64,000 bases of DNA from Rebecca billardiae RCC1528. Taxonomy: Eukaryota > Protista > Haptophyta. Position numbers and translations under genes: made by a program. The notes under the pieces are model-generated. The model worked only from the letters and a program-made list of their open reading frames with translations. It was not told the DNA's origin and made no database searches. The DNA is taken from contig OZ251222.1 of assembly GCA_965240325.2 (NCBI GenBank), positions 1,240,001-1,304,000 of the forward strand, given 5' to 3'. Below are positions 1 through 10,984 of this stretch, in pieces. Each line of letters opens with the position of its first letter. Position 1 is the stretch's first letter.

Positions 1-1173
1 GCCGGCGCGCGGCTCCTTCTCGCGCGTGGGCACGTCGTGCCGGCACTGCGGCGCGTACGAGCCGGCGGACCGCCCGCACAAGCGGTGTGCGCGCTGCGGC
101 GTCCCGGCGTACTGCTCGCGCGAGTGTCAGGCGGCAGACTGGGCGGCGCACAGGGCGGACTGCAAGCGCGACAGCGCGCACCGCGCGAGCCGCAAGGCGG
201 GGCAGCAGCTCATCGAGGCGCAGAAGGGCGTGCTCGGCGCGTTCGTGCAGAGCTCGTACCTCTGGCTCCTCGGCCGCGCGCTGCTCGACGGCATCGCCCT
301 CTCCGACATGCTCATTGACGTCGACTTCGACCGCGTCGGCGACGACGGCGTGCCGCCGCGCTGCGAGGTGCTCTCTGAGCGCGACCTCGACAACTTGATC
401 GCGCGGTACCACGGCCTCGGGCACCGGCTCGACGCGGCGCAGTTCGCGCGCACGCGCGCGCGGAAGCGCGCGGAGGAGCCGCACACCGCCGTGCACATCC
501 TCTACGTGTGCATGCAGGGCGGCGAGAGCTTGGCGGGGTATCAGGTGCGGTCGCAGCCGCACTGAGCACTCGCACGAGGCCCGCGCGCGCAGACGCGCGT
601 GCGCGCGGACGCGCGTGCGCCACCATCGCGCTGCACGGTTGCGCGGGCACGACCATCGCGCTGCACGGTTGCGCGGGCACGACCATCCAGAGCGGCTGCG
701 CGAGCTGGCTGCGCTATGTGCGCTCGCTCATCGTCGTCGCCTGTACCAGCGCCGGCGCCCGATGCGAGCGCACCCTCTGCGCACCGCGCCGCGCACACCC
801 TGCCTCACCGCGCGCCGCGCGCGCATGCCCATTGCCCCGCTCGGCCGCGCGGCCGCGCCCTCCGCCCGCGCCCACCATCCATCAGTCGTTGCTCTTCGGC
901 ATGCCGGTCGTGGAGGTGCTCATGCCGCTCCTCCTCCGCGTGGTGGGCAGCGGAGAGATCACGAGCATGGCGGACGCGCGCCAGGCCCTGAGTGCCGCGA
1001 AGATGGGCGGAGAGCTGATGCAGCACCCGGCGATCGTCGAGTTCCAGGCGCGCGTCGCAGAGGCGCAGGCCGCCACGCGCCCAGTGGATATGAGCGCCGT
1101 CTTGCGCGAGGTCCCGCGCGGGCAGTTTGAACAGGTCCTGCGCGAGATGCGGGTGAATCAGGACTCGGCCTGA
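1..1173 (+). CDS. MYND zinc-finger protein, 5'-truncated by the window edge; predicted exons <1-544, 691-717, 886-1173
   Basis: CRHC...CARC...YCSRECQAADWAAHRADC is the MYND motif. The frame is open to the window start. Phase-0 introns 545-690 (GTGCGG..CAG) and 718-885 (GTGCGC..CAG) join ORF 26..565 to ORF 508..1173. Confidence 0.75.
621..688. repeat. 30-bp tandem duplication (~2.3 copies) inside the predicted intron
   Basis: ACCATCGCGCTGCACGGTTGCGCGGGCACG is repeated directly. Confidence 0.85.
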
Positions 1174-1412
1174 TACAGGTCCGGGCGCCGCCGGCCGGAC
1201 CACGATGCGTCACGCTCATCCGTATCACTTGATGGTACACCTGTCTTACAACAGTACTACTACCCCCATACAGTTCATTAAGTACCAGTACGGTACGCGC
1301 TACTGTACGCCGATATTGTACACCGGCGGCGGTACCGACCGGGTCGGCGCGAGCGGAGGAGTTAAGAGTGGCGCCGGCGCGCCCACCGTGCATCCTGGTT
1401 CGGCTTCACGCC

Positions 1413-2787
1413 ATGCCCGACGAGCCTGCCCTGATGCGGGCGGCAACCATTCCGTCGATACAGAAGTGGAGCGGTAGCGCGGCGAAACGCGACGTACGCC
1501 ATCTGATCAGCCTGTCCGACAAGCCCGTCATGCCTCGCCCGAAGGTTGTCGCGGGCAAGATGCTTGTGCGCGTTCTTGCATGCTCGCTCGCGCCGGGCGA
1601 CATTCGGGTGCTGTCGGGTCAGGTGCGCGCGGCGTCCTCACGCAAGGCCCATCGCCTCAAGCGAAGGCCCCACCACCCCCAGCGCTCGCGTCCCCGTCTC
1701 CCACGCCACGCGCGTCACTGGTGCGCGCGCAACCCCTTCGCGGGTGTGCATGCAGGGTGACTTCATCCAGAAGCCGCCGTCCTTCCCGTACATCCCGGGC
1801 GGCGACTTGAGCGGCATCGTCGAGGAGGTCTCGCCAGAGGGCGAAGCCGCTGGCTTCACCAAGGGCGACCGCGTGATCGCCCTCTATGGCGACTTGGGCC
1901 CGCGCGGCGCCCTCGCCGAGTACGCACTCGTGAAGGTGGCGCATGCGGCACGGCTGCCGCCCGCGCTGTCTGCCGACGCGGGCGCCGCGCTGCCTTCGAG
2001 CGCGCTCACCGCGGCGCACGCGGCTGAGTTGGTCAGGAAGGACGACCGTGTGCTCGTCATCGGCGGCGCCGGCGGCGTGGGCGCGCACCTCGTCCAGCTC
2101 GCGCGCCACGCCGGCGCCGCGTTTGTCGCTGCCACCTCCACGCAGGCGGCGATGCTCACCGAGCTGGGCGTCGACCGCGTGATCGACTACCGCAACGAGC
2201 GCTGGTGGGAGGTCGCGGCGTTCATCGAGCAGCCATTCACCGTCGTCTTCGATTGCGTCGGGGGCAAGCAGGCCTGGCGGACGGCGCGCCGTGCGCGCGC
2301 GCTCGCGCCGCGTGCTCGTTACTACTCAACTGTGATGGGTGCGCCGCGCACGCCCCTCCCTTCCCGTCACCGGCTCTGCTCCCGCAGGCCGCACGACGCG
2401 CGACGGCATGCGTGCCATGCGTGGCGAGCGCTCGCTGCTGAGGCTGGCCCGCGCGCGCCCGCGCCGGCGGCGCCTCGTTCAGGCGACAATGCGTATTTTG
2501 AGATTCACTCGCCCTTGGGCATCCTGAAGACCATGCTCCCGGTGCTGTGGCGCAGTCTCGTCAGCTCGATCGGGAGCGGCCCCAGGTACCGGTTCGTGCT
2601 GGGCCTGGCGGCAGGGGATGGCCGGCTGGCGCGCGTTGTGCAGCTCGCGGCCGATGGCGCATTCCGGCCAGTGCTCGAGCCTGAGTGCCCGCTGCCGTTC
2701 ACGGAGGAAGGCGTGCGCCGTGCGTTCGACCTGCAGAAGAGCAATCATGCGCACGGCAAGGTTGTCGTGCATGTCGCTGACGAGTGA
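1413..2787 (+). CDS. Medium-chain dehydrogenase/reductase (quinone oxidoreductase/RTN4IP1-like); introns 1623-1755 and 2339-2482
   Basis: GroES-like N-part (LVRVLACSLAPGD, PYIPGGDLSGIV, GALAEY), Rossmann VLVIGGAGGVG, and C-terminal HAHGKVVV. GT-AG introns restore the frame. Confidence 0.88.
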
Positions 2788-3474
2788 AGCACTAGCTAGT
2801 AGCTTAACTAAGGCTATACTACTCGCAGCGAATGAAGGTACGTGAATCCGGCTACGCATATAGCGCTCGAGGCTGCTGGCGCTGCTAGCACATCCCGGCC
2901 GATTCCGCTGACGATCATCAGCCGAAGTTAGAGAGTGAGAGAGACGAGTCCGAGAGAGCTAGTCACTAGTCAGTCAGCCGCCTAGAGAGTAGCAGTCATC
3001 ATCAGAGACTGCCAGCGGTCACTGCGGTGAGAATATCGTCGCGGGCATCGGGCTCGGCTCAGACGGCTGGCGGCGCGCGCCTCCGTCTGGCCGATCCGGA
3101 CGAGCTTGACTTAGCAGCTTGTGTGAGACTGTCCCGGGGCCCGCCAGTCTGAGTCTTAGAGTTAGTAGTAGCCTACGGGCTCGGACACTAGTGAGTAAGT
3201 GACTCGTACCGGTAGCCCGGGCCACGTACGCTATGCCCATATCGTCGTCATATCATCATGATGATGCGAACGGGCCGTCGTCGGGGCGCCCCGTCAGGCG
3301 GCAGTGACAACGCCCTTGGGGGGTAGACCTCTCAGAGTCTCAGTCAGACAGAGTCTGCGCCGGGCGTGCACGGTGCGCGGCGGCGGCGCGTGGCGCGGCG
3401 TGCGGTCGGCGGGTGGCGTGGTGTTGCGGCGGTGCGTTCGACGGCCAGCTGCAGTTGGGCCGTGCGGGCATGGC

Positions 3475-5140
3475 TCAGCACACACAGTTGCCGCCGAATC
3501 GCTTCGCCGTGCCGATTTTGGCCGAGCGCGATTTTGGCCGCGTGAGGTCGTATGACGGCAAGTACTTCGGGCCAGGCGTGGACGCACGCCTCGCCATCAG
3601 CGGCGCGTCGTCCTTGGCGCCGATGTCGCGGAAGCGCGGCTCCCGCCCGAACGACGGCGCGGGCACGTTCGGCTTCATCGAAAGCACGTCCGCCTGCGAG
3701 GGCGGAGAGTAGCTCCCGGGCCCAGGCGTGGTGTTGGAAAGGATCGGCCTGCGCGTGGGCGCGCGTGGCGCGTGCCGCGCGCGCGCGCGGCGGGTGAGCC
3801 GATGTGCGTGGCCGCGTGGGCGGGCTCGTGCTCGCACGCGACAGCACCGCGCGCCGGCCCGGCGTCGTGCCGCGCGCTCCTGCGCCGCGCGCGCACCGCC
3901 CGCCGAGCTTCCGAGGCTGCCCGAAGGAGACCGCGCCGTCTGACTTGAGCGTCAGGTCAAACTTGGGAGCGTATGCCGGGCCGGGGCTGGTGACGCGCAC
4001 CACCGTTCCGCCCTGCAGCTGCTCGCCGAGGTACTTGTAACGGTCGTCGGCGGAGAAGGTGGCCATCTTGCCCAGCCGCGGCTTGTTGCTCAGCGCCACG
4101 TACTGCTCGATCGGGGTGTACGCGCCTGCGCGGCCGCGGCGGGCGGCGGGCGGCCGAGAGCGAGAGCGATCGCACGCGCGGTGAGTCAGGGGTGTGCGCG
4201 GCGCATGCGTTCGCAGCCGGCGAGGGGGCGTGCACCGCGGCGCACCCGCGCGCGGGCGCATCCGCGCGCGGGCGCATCCGCGCGCGCGCCGCACCTGGCC
4301 CGGGCGACTTGGCCCGCGCCGAGCCGCTCCCAGCCGTCGCCTTAATCCGCGCGGCGCCGGGGAACGAGGTGGAGCGAGATTGTATCTCGACGGCGTCAAA
4401 GGATGGCAGGTAGACCGGCCCGGGGCTCATCGCGATCTGCGGGCCCCACGTGCTCATCGTCGCCGAGCTGAGCGAGCCGTCGAGCGCCTTTGACGAATCC
4501 CGCTGCCTGCCGAGGTGCTTCCACCGGTCCTCAGTCGGGAAGGTGGAGGTGAGCTGCGCGCGCGAGAGCGCGCGCACGCGCGGGGGCACAACGGGTCGGA
4601 CACACGCCCGGGATGCCGGCGAGGACCCCGTCGGCGCGGCGCGGGCGCGCAGGGAAGCCCTCGCGCGCGAGCTCGCGGGGCCATGACGCCTCGGCCGCTC
4701 TCCGCGCGCAGCCCCGCGTACCGTGCGCGGCTTCACCAGCTTGATGGTGGGCGTGTACCGTCCGGGGCCGGGCCCGCAGAAGCAGGGCAGGTCGGCCTCG
4801 TTGAATGCGCCGGGGGGTGGCACCCAGCTCAGCGCGCGCTTCGCAGGGACCGTGCTCGGTCTTCCTGGCTGATCCATGTATTCCACGTCCGGGAGCCCCT
4901 CCGGAGTAATCGCCTCCGACCTGTGCGGCCAGCGCGCGGTCCCGGTGCGCGGCGCAAGTGAGCACAGCGCGCGCGCGTGCCGAAATACGCGAGTTGTCGC
5001 CGCGCGCACGTTGCTGCCTGGGGTTGTGCAGGCTCGGCCATTGGTGCCGCCTCCGCCGTGCCCCCCGCATCCGCCCCCGCATCTGCTGCAGCTGTGTCTG
5101 GCTCCGCGACAGCCATCTCGGCCTCGGCGGCCTCGGCCAT
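3475..5140 (-). CDS. Sperm-tail PG-rich (SHIPPO/ODF3-like) repeat flagellar protein; introns 5009-4921, 4721-4554, 4294-4126, 3896-3749
   Basis: Six PGPGxY-type repeats (PGPGRYTP, SPGPVYLP, SPGPGAYTP, SPGPAYAP, TPGPGSYSP, TPGPKYLP), mostly followed by (S/T)F..RF/RW-type motifs. They are spread over ORFs joined by GTRCG..CAG introns. Confidence 0.8.
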
Positions 5141-5309
5141 ATTGGTGTCGAGTCGAAACGACGACCAGCGCTTGGTCGTGAGCAGGGCGATCACCGCTGC
5201 AAACAGACCAAACAGTTTCATCAGGGAAGTCGTTACTCGGTTACTTACTTACTGTACAGCCGGACCTGCAGTCCGGACCAGTGGATGCACACTGGAATCA
5301 AGAATCTCA

Positions 5310-6218
5310 ATGGCGCCCGCCGACAATGCGCCAAGCTCGCGGCTGGACGACGCCATCGCCGGCTTCTCAGCCGGCGTGGTCGGCACGCTGATGGGGTATC
5401 CGCTCGACACCGTCAAAGTGCACATGCAGGCCGAGGCCGTGCGACGCGGCTCGTCCGGCGTGCTGTCCAGCGCGCGAGCCATCTTTGCGAGCGGCGGCTT
5501 CAGTGCCTTCTACGCCGGCGTTGCCGCGCCGTTCGTCTCGCTGGCCGCGCTCAACACGATCAACTTCACGTGCTACGCCTCTTTTCGCGCGCTTCTTGGC
5601 GTGCCGCCGCGCGACTCCGCCGAGCACCGGCCTTTCAACTCGCGCGTCGTCCTCGCAGGCGCTCTTGTCGGACCCGTGGCCGCCATCATCTCCACGCCTG
5701 CGGAGATGGTGAAGGTGCAGATGCAGCTCCATGGGACGGGCTCGGGGGGCGTACACCGGTCGACGTGGCACACGCTCACGTCCATCGTCCGCGCCTTGGG
5801 TGTGCGCGGCCTCTATGTCGGCTGGTGGGTGAACGTGGCGCGCGAGACTGCTTTCGGCGCTGGCTTCTTCGGCGCCTACGAGGCGATGCGCGATCAGCTT
5901 GAGGGCCGTCAGGGGCTAAGACGAGAGCTGTCGGTGTTCCTCGCCGGCGGCAGCGGCGGGCTGACCGCGTGGATGCTCTCGCTGCCCTTCGATACGGTGA
6001 AGTCCGTGCTTCAGGCGCACGACATCCGCAGCGGCCCGCCGCCCACAAGCGCACAAATCGCGAGGCGCGTGTTCCGTGCACGCGGGCTGCTGGGCTTCTG
6101 GCGCGGCGCGCTGCCGTCAACCGCGCGTGCATTCATCGTGAGCAGCACGCGGTTCTCGGTGTTCGATTTCACTCTTTCGACGTTGCGGTCTCGCCGCCAG
6201 CCCGGCCTGGCCGAGTAG
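5310..6218 (+). CDS. Mitochondrial carrier family (SLC25) protein, carnitine/ornithine-carrier-like
   Basis: Three Px[DE]xx[KR] signatures: YPLDTVKV, TPAEMVKV, LPFDTVKS. About 302 aa from ATG 5310. Confidence 0.93.
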   Translation: MAPADNAPSSRLDDAIAGFSAGVVGTLMGYPLDTVKVHMQAEAVRRGSSGVLSSARAIFASGGFSAFYAGVAAPFVSLAALNTINFTCYASFRALLGVPPRDSAEHRPFNSRVVLAGALVGPVAAIISTPAEMVKVQMQLHGTGSGGVHRSTWHTLTSIVRALGVRGLYVGWWVNVARETAFGAGFFGAYEAMRDQLEGRQGLRRELSVFLAGGSGGLTAWMLSLPFDTVKSVLQAHDIRSGPPPTSAQIARRVFRARGLLGFWRGALPSTARAFIVSSTRFSVFDFTLSTLRSRRQPGLAE

Positions 6219-6739
6219 AAGTGAGTAGAACGATGAAAAGCAGGCGTATATGGGGGTAGTCATTCAAAGTTAATCAAAGTGATCAGTGTCGTCAGCTGGG
6301 CGGTACTGTACGGGTCCGGACCAAGTGTGCTACCAGTACCGGCCTGGGACTGGGAGTGGGAGGCTGCCCGTACGCTGGCCAGCGCGTGCGGCGCATCGAT
6401 CGCAACCGGCCTGACCGTCCGTCGTCCGACACCACACTTGCTGCATTGCTCACATGCACGCATCGATCATGAGATGATGACAATGTCAGCATACTGTCGT
6501 CCGGATCCATGCCGCTGGCTGCCAGCTATTAGCAGCAGCTATTAAATAAGCAGGCTGCTGGCCGGCGGTGCCCACTGGCCACTGGGCACCGCAGCAGCCG
6601 AGCAGATCTATGACGACGCCGATGATGATCGATCTGTGATCATGCTTGATCTCTGATGATGTGTGATGACTGACGATGCTAATGATGTGCGCGAGCTCAT
6701 CGTCGGCATCGTTGACGATGCAGATGAGCTCGCACATTA

Positions 6740-7921
6740 TCACCGTTGGTCATGCGGCTTCTGCTTCTGTAGTCGCCAGGCCGCCTCATCGCCGCACAGC
6801 TTCGTGAGCAGCACCAGCGCCATTTCGCGGTAGACCGTGCACACAAAATGTACGTCGTCTGGCGCATAGAAAAGGCGTGGCCCGCGGTGATGGATCTCGG
6901 GCGCGCCGGCTGTCATGCCCGTGAAGTCGACGACGTCGATGCCGATCTTCTGGGCGAGGGCCAGGGCAATCGTGTCGACGAGTGGCTGGTGTCTCATGGC
7001 GGTCCTGTTCGCGTGCGTGGGATCCATCTTCGCTTGATGCGTCGTCGCGCCCATGAAGACGCGCGGTGCGCCTGCCCGCGCCGCCCTGAGCAGAGCCTCA
7101 GCCAGGCGGCTCCCCACCCCGCCCAGCGACCAGTGGTGACCGTGCTGCAGGTAGAGCTCAGTCGCACCCAGCCCCGGCACGTACTCCCGGTACGTCTTCG
7201 CCAGGTCCAGCCGCCAGGAGTACGCGCCGGAGCAGCTCCCCGGCGCGCAGGTGATGCTCGCGTTGATCTCGTCGAAGCTTCCAGCGCGCGCGTGCCCATG
7301 CGGCTTCCAGCCCGCCGAGCCGAGCTGCGTGAGGAAGGTGAGCTGCGCACCGCCGACGCGGAGGTACCGGTTCTCCACGAGCGTGTTCTCCATGCAGCAC
7401 TTGACGCGCCAGCAGTCGCACACCTCGTGCTGCCCGAGAGGGTCGTGTGTGCGCTCAAAGTACACCTGCCAGCTCCTTTCCCTCGTAGACTTCTCCCCGC
7501 GGGCCGCAAGCATGGCAAAATTGTTCTCGTGGCAGTACGCGGGCTCGGTGATGTTTGCCCGCTTGGATTTGTCCTGCAATTGCCAGAATGCCTGGTCACC
7601 GCTCCACACGCCCGTGGTGAGGAAGCGTGCGAGGACGAGGTACACGTATCGTGTGATCGAGTCGCCCACCAGGACAAGGTGTCGGCCCTTTAGGCACGTG
7701 AGTGCCATCCGGCGCGTCGCGCGCACGAGCTCGCATGCGCTTGGATCGAACGTCCACCCGCGGAGAGCCTCGTCACGTCCCCACGACCACGTCCCATCGC
7801 TCTCAAAGTTTGAGTCCGGGGTACACGCGGGGCGATGAGCGCCGGCGAGCGGGTGCGCGACCAGCACCACACACCAAAGCCACCGCAGCACTGTTCGCCG
7901 GGTGAGAGCCGCCGCAGGCAT
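6740..7921 (-). CDS. Secreted/membrane SGNH-fold protein of the PC-esterase/TBL/CAS1-like group (putative polysaccharide O-acyltransferase or esterase)
   Basis: N-terminal hydrophobic segment, W..W.FDPSAC, CLKGRHLVLVGDSITR (GDS motif) and C-terminal DDVH (DxxH). The start could alternatively be 7972. Confidence 0.72.
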   Translation of the reverse strand: MPAAALTRRTVLRWLWCVVLVAHPLAGAHRPACTPDSNFESDGTWSWGRDEALRGWTFDPSACELVRATRRMALTCLKGRHLVLVGDSITRYVYLVLARFLTTGVWSGDQAFWQLQDKSKRANITEPAYCHENNFAMLAARGEKSTRERSWQVYFERTHDPLGQHEVCDCWRVKCCMENTLVENRYLRVGGAQLTFLTQLGSAGWKPHGHARAGSFDEINASITCAPGSCSGAYSWRLDLAKTYREYVPGLGATELYLQHGHHWSLGGVGSRLAEALLRAARAGAPRVFMGATTHQAKMDPTHANRTAMRHQPLVDTIALALAQKIGIDVVDFTGMTAGAPEIHHRGPRLFYAPDDVHFVCTVYREMALVLLTKLCGDEAAWRLQKQKPHDQR

Positions 7922-8651
7922 CGCGTGTGAAATCGACGATCCAACCTTATTATTGATGATTCTTGGCAGCATGCAGATATGCGGCGGAGTTGCTGTGCCA
8001 GAGGCTTCGGCCGCCGTCTGATCACCCGGAGCCCGTTATAAAGGGGAATATATTAAAAAAAACGCTGTGTGCGTCTCTTATTCTTATTAGTAGACTCATT
8101 CTATGATTTAACGACACAGGTAGGACGACGCGGGTCTCCTGATTCGTCGGCGGCAGTGCCCGATCGTCGACACGAAGTCGGCGTTGGTGGCAGAGCATAG
8201 CCTGCACCGCGATCGTAAAGCTTGAGCGCGGCCTTGACTGTATCAGGGGCGTTCCCCACACTGGTCATACGCCAAATCGAACCGCGTTCCTATTGAAATT
8301 GGCTTCCTCTATTTCAAGCGGGTACATTTGATTACGGCCCGCGCCAGTCCGGTAGCAATGCCCCGGGGGGCATTGCTTTCGGGAGCGTGTGGCAGGATCC
8401 CGGGAACGCCCTTGGGGACGTACTGACTGGACAAAGTCGTCGATTTTCTCGATCGTCCGGGCGCATCGCTGTCCGGTCACTGCGGTGGCACTGCGGGGCT
8501 GCCATCGTCCCGAGATAGATAGAGAGTGTCAGCCCGCCTTGTCGCGCCCGCTGCCGCGAGCCTAGGGCGGCTCGTGAGAGGGTCCGCGGCTCGGAGGGGG
8601 CGTGGAATTGGATTATAATACAGTATCATCACTAGCGCCGTCCGAGCAGCT

Positions 8652-9094
8652 TAGAGGGGTCAGAGCCCCACTGGGGGGTGCGTGGCCCAAAATCCAACTT
8701 ATTTCTGTCGTCTTGCTAGATGAGGCTCTCAAACTTCGGGATGTCAATATTCGCCTGGAAGTGGAATGACCTGGGGTCACGCTGACAAGTTTTGCGGAAA
8801 AATGTCACATACTGGAGATATACAACCTCAATCTCGACGCGATCTCGGCAACATTAGTAGGGGAGATACACGATCTCCAAGGTGATCTCGCTATTTGCAC
8901 CAGAATCGCACCGTCTAGATCACATTTTGGCAGTCTGAAATTGGCACAGGCGGATTCGATCTACACCCTGGAATTAAGCCTAAACGAACTTAAACGGACT
9001 CAAACAGTTACAAACCGAGGAGATATTTCATATTTCGTGATTTCGGGAGATTGCGTCACTCGGGAGCGTAACGGTCGGAGCTCTGACCCCACTA
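8652..9094. mobile_element. 443-bp MITE-like DNA transposon with 18-bp TIRs and a perfect 9-bp TSD
   Basis: Left end TAGAGGGGTCAGAGCCCC; right end (revcomp) TAGTGGGGTCAGAGCTCC. CGAGCAGCT flanks both sides (8643-8651, 9095-9103). The interior is AT-richer and non-coding. Confidence 0.88.
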
Positions 9095-9285
9095 CGAGCA
9101 GCTGGACCTGATCCGCAGCTTTGAACATCAGTGCGCTATGCTCAACACCGTGCACGAGATGCACGGCCGTGAGTGACGGCGACATGATGGCACACACGCG
9201 CGCGCTGCAAGCGCTTGACTTTGAGACGCATCTCGGGCCCGCGGCGGCGTCTGCAATCCGATCCATACTTTTCGCGAGGGGCTCG

Positions 9286-9403
<118 letters not shown>

Positions 9404-9905
9404 TGATGACGAGTGATTGATGGATGAGCGCCGAATGACTCGCAGTGCTTATGATTGACGCAGGACTGTGAGGACAGACGGTCGCAGACGCAGGACGGCA
9501 GGAGGCGCGACGGTGCGTGAAGCTGCTGCAGACTAGCAAGCACTTAGCACTAGCAGCCGTATATCCGTACTACCGTATAGTCAGATACGGTATATCAGTA
9601 TACTCCGAACAGTCTGCCGTTAGGCGTAGTCGCGCTGTTTTTGCTGACGATCGATCACAGACAGACAGACAGATCGCTTGACATCCGACCTTCAGCTGCT
9701 CAATTCAGAGCACGGACTGACGGAGCCAAAACCATGGTCATGGACGACTCTGAGGCGGCGACCCTACAGGACGAGGCGCAACCTTGGGTTCCTGGCGCAC
9801 CCTGACCCGGCGCAGCCCGCGGGGCGGACGGAGTCCTCACGGGCACGGCGACGCGGCAGCGGCAAACCAAGCCCAAGCCGAGCCTGCGGAAGGCGGAGGC
9901 GCAGC

Positions 9906-10700
9906 CTAGCTCCGCCTCTTCTGCCGCTTGGCCTTGTGGTGTGCGCGCGCGTGGTTGCTCTCGTCGCGCCAGCCGTCCTGGTCGAGCGCATCCATGATCA
10001 GACAGACCAAATAATCGGCGACGTGCTGCGGGTCCTGCACGTCCGCCTGCAGCGCCTGCGGCGCGCCGCACTCGAACAACTCGCGCGCGGATCCAATCTG
10101 CTCGCTGGTGAGGTCCATGGAGCGCAGGAGAGCCTCTACGCGTGTCCACTCGGGAGCTCCTGCGGGGTCAGCCGAGGCGGGCTCGCTCGGGCCCGCAGCG
10201 CTGTTGGGTGCGCCGGCCGTGCTCGGCCCAGCCTCGGGGGTCGTGCGCGCGTCGTCCGGCAGGTCGTCCGGCGTGATCGACGGCGATTTGGTCAGCTCGT
10301 CCATCAGAGGCTGCGTCGCTTCGTCGTCATCGCCGTACTGATCATCTTCGCCGTACCCGTTGTTGTTGTCATCGCCACCATCCGCGTCGTCATTGCCGCC
10401 AGCACCGTCTTCGGCGCCATCGGCCGCAAGCCACGCGACCGGAACGGCGCCACCATGCACACCCGCCTCGTCGGGCTCGCCGTCCGCACCGACGCCGTCG
10501 TCGTCGGCCTCGCTGCCGACGGGATCCGTAACTGCGTCGTCGTCTTCTGCGTCGAGCCCGCCGTGTGGTGCGTCCGCGGGCTCGGCCGACGACGCGGGTG
10601 GTGAGTCCTCCTTCGTCCAATCGTCCGAGGCGTTGTCGCCCAGAGCATCATTGCCTGCGAGCTCCTCGTCCAGATCATCCTCGACATTGACCCCCGCCAT
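9906..10700 (-). CDS. Hypothetical acidic, low-complexity protein with a basic C-terminus (possible NLS)
   Basis: ATG-started 264-aa D/E-rich ORF ending HHKAKRQKRRS, head-to-head with the RAD5-like gene. No family motif recognised. Confidence 0.5.
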   Translation of the reverse strand: MAGVNVEDDLDEELAGNDALGDNASDDWTKEDSPPASSAEPADAPHGGLDAEDDDAVTDPVGSEADDDGVGADGEPDEAGVHGGAVPVAWLAADGAEDGAGGNDDADGGDDNNNGYGEDDQYGDDDEATQPLMDELTKSPSITPDDLPDDARTTPEAGPSTAGAPNSAAGPSEPASADPAGAPEWTRVEALLRSMDLTSEQIGSARELFECGAPQALQADVQDPQHVADYLVCLIMDALDQDGWRDESNHARAHHKAKRQKRRS

Positions 10701-10984
10701 GCGCGCCGTGCCCGTCCGTGAGAAGGCCCACCGGCACGGTCACGGGCGCGCGCGCGAGGGCCACCGGGCAGCGCTCCCGCTTTGCCGCCACCGCCGCCGC
10801 TTGTTGTAGGAAGGTTGAAGCGGCGCGCCGTTCAATCCGGAAAAAGCGCTCTCCACATTCCGGGCCGGAGTGACGGGTGGGCAGCGCTCTCTTGATCACG
10901 ATCGAAAGCTGTCCAGTGCCGCGCGCACGCCTCGCTCTCGAAGGTCCAACGAGCGGCGCGCGGCGCCGGGGGCGCGCCGGCGCG

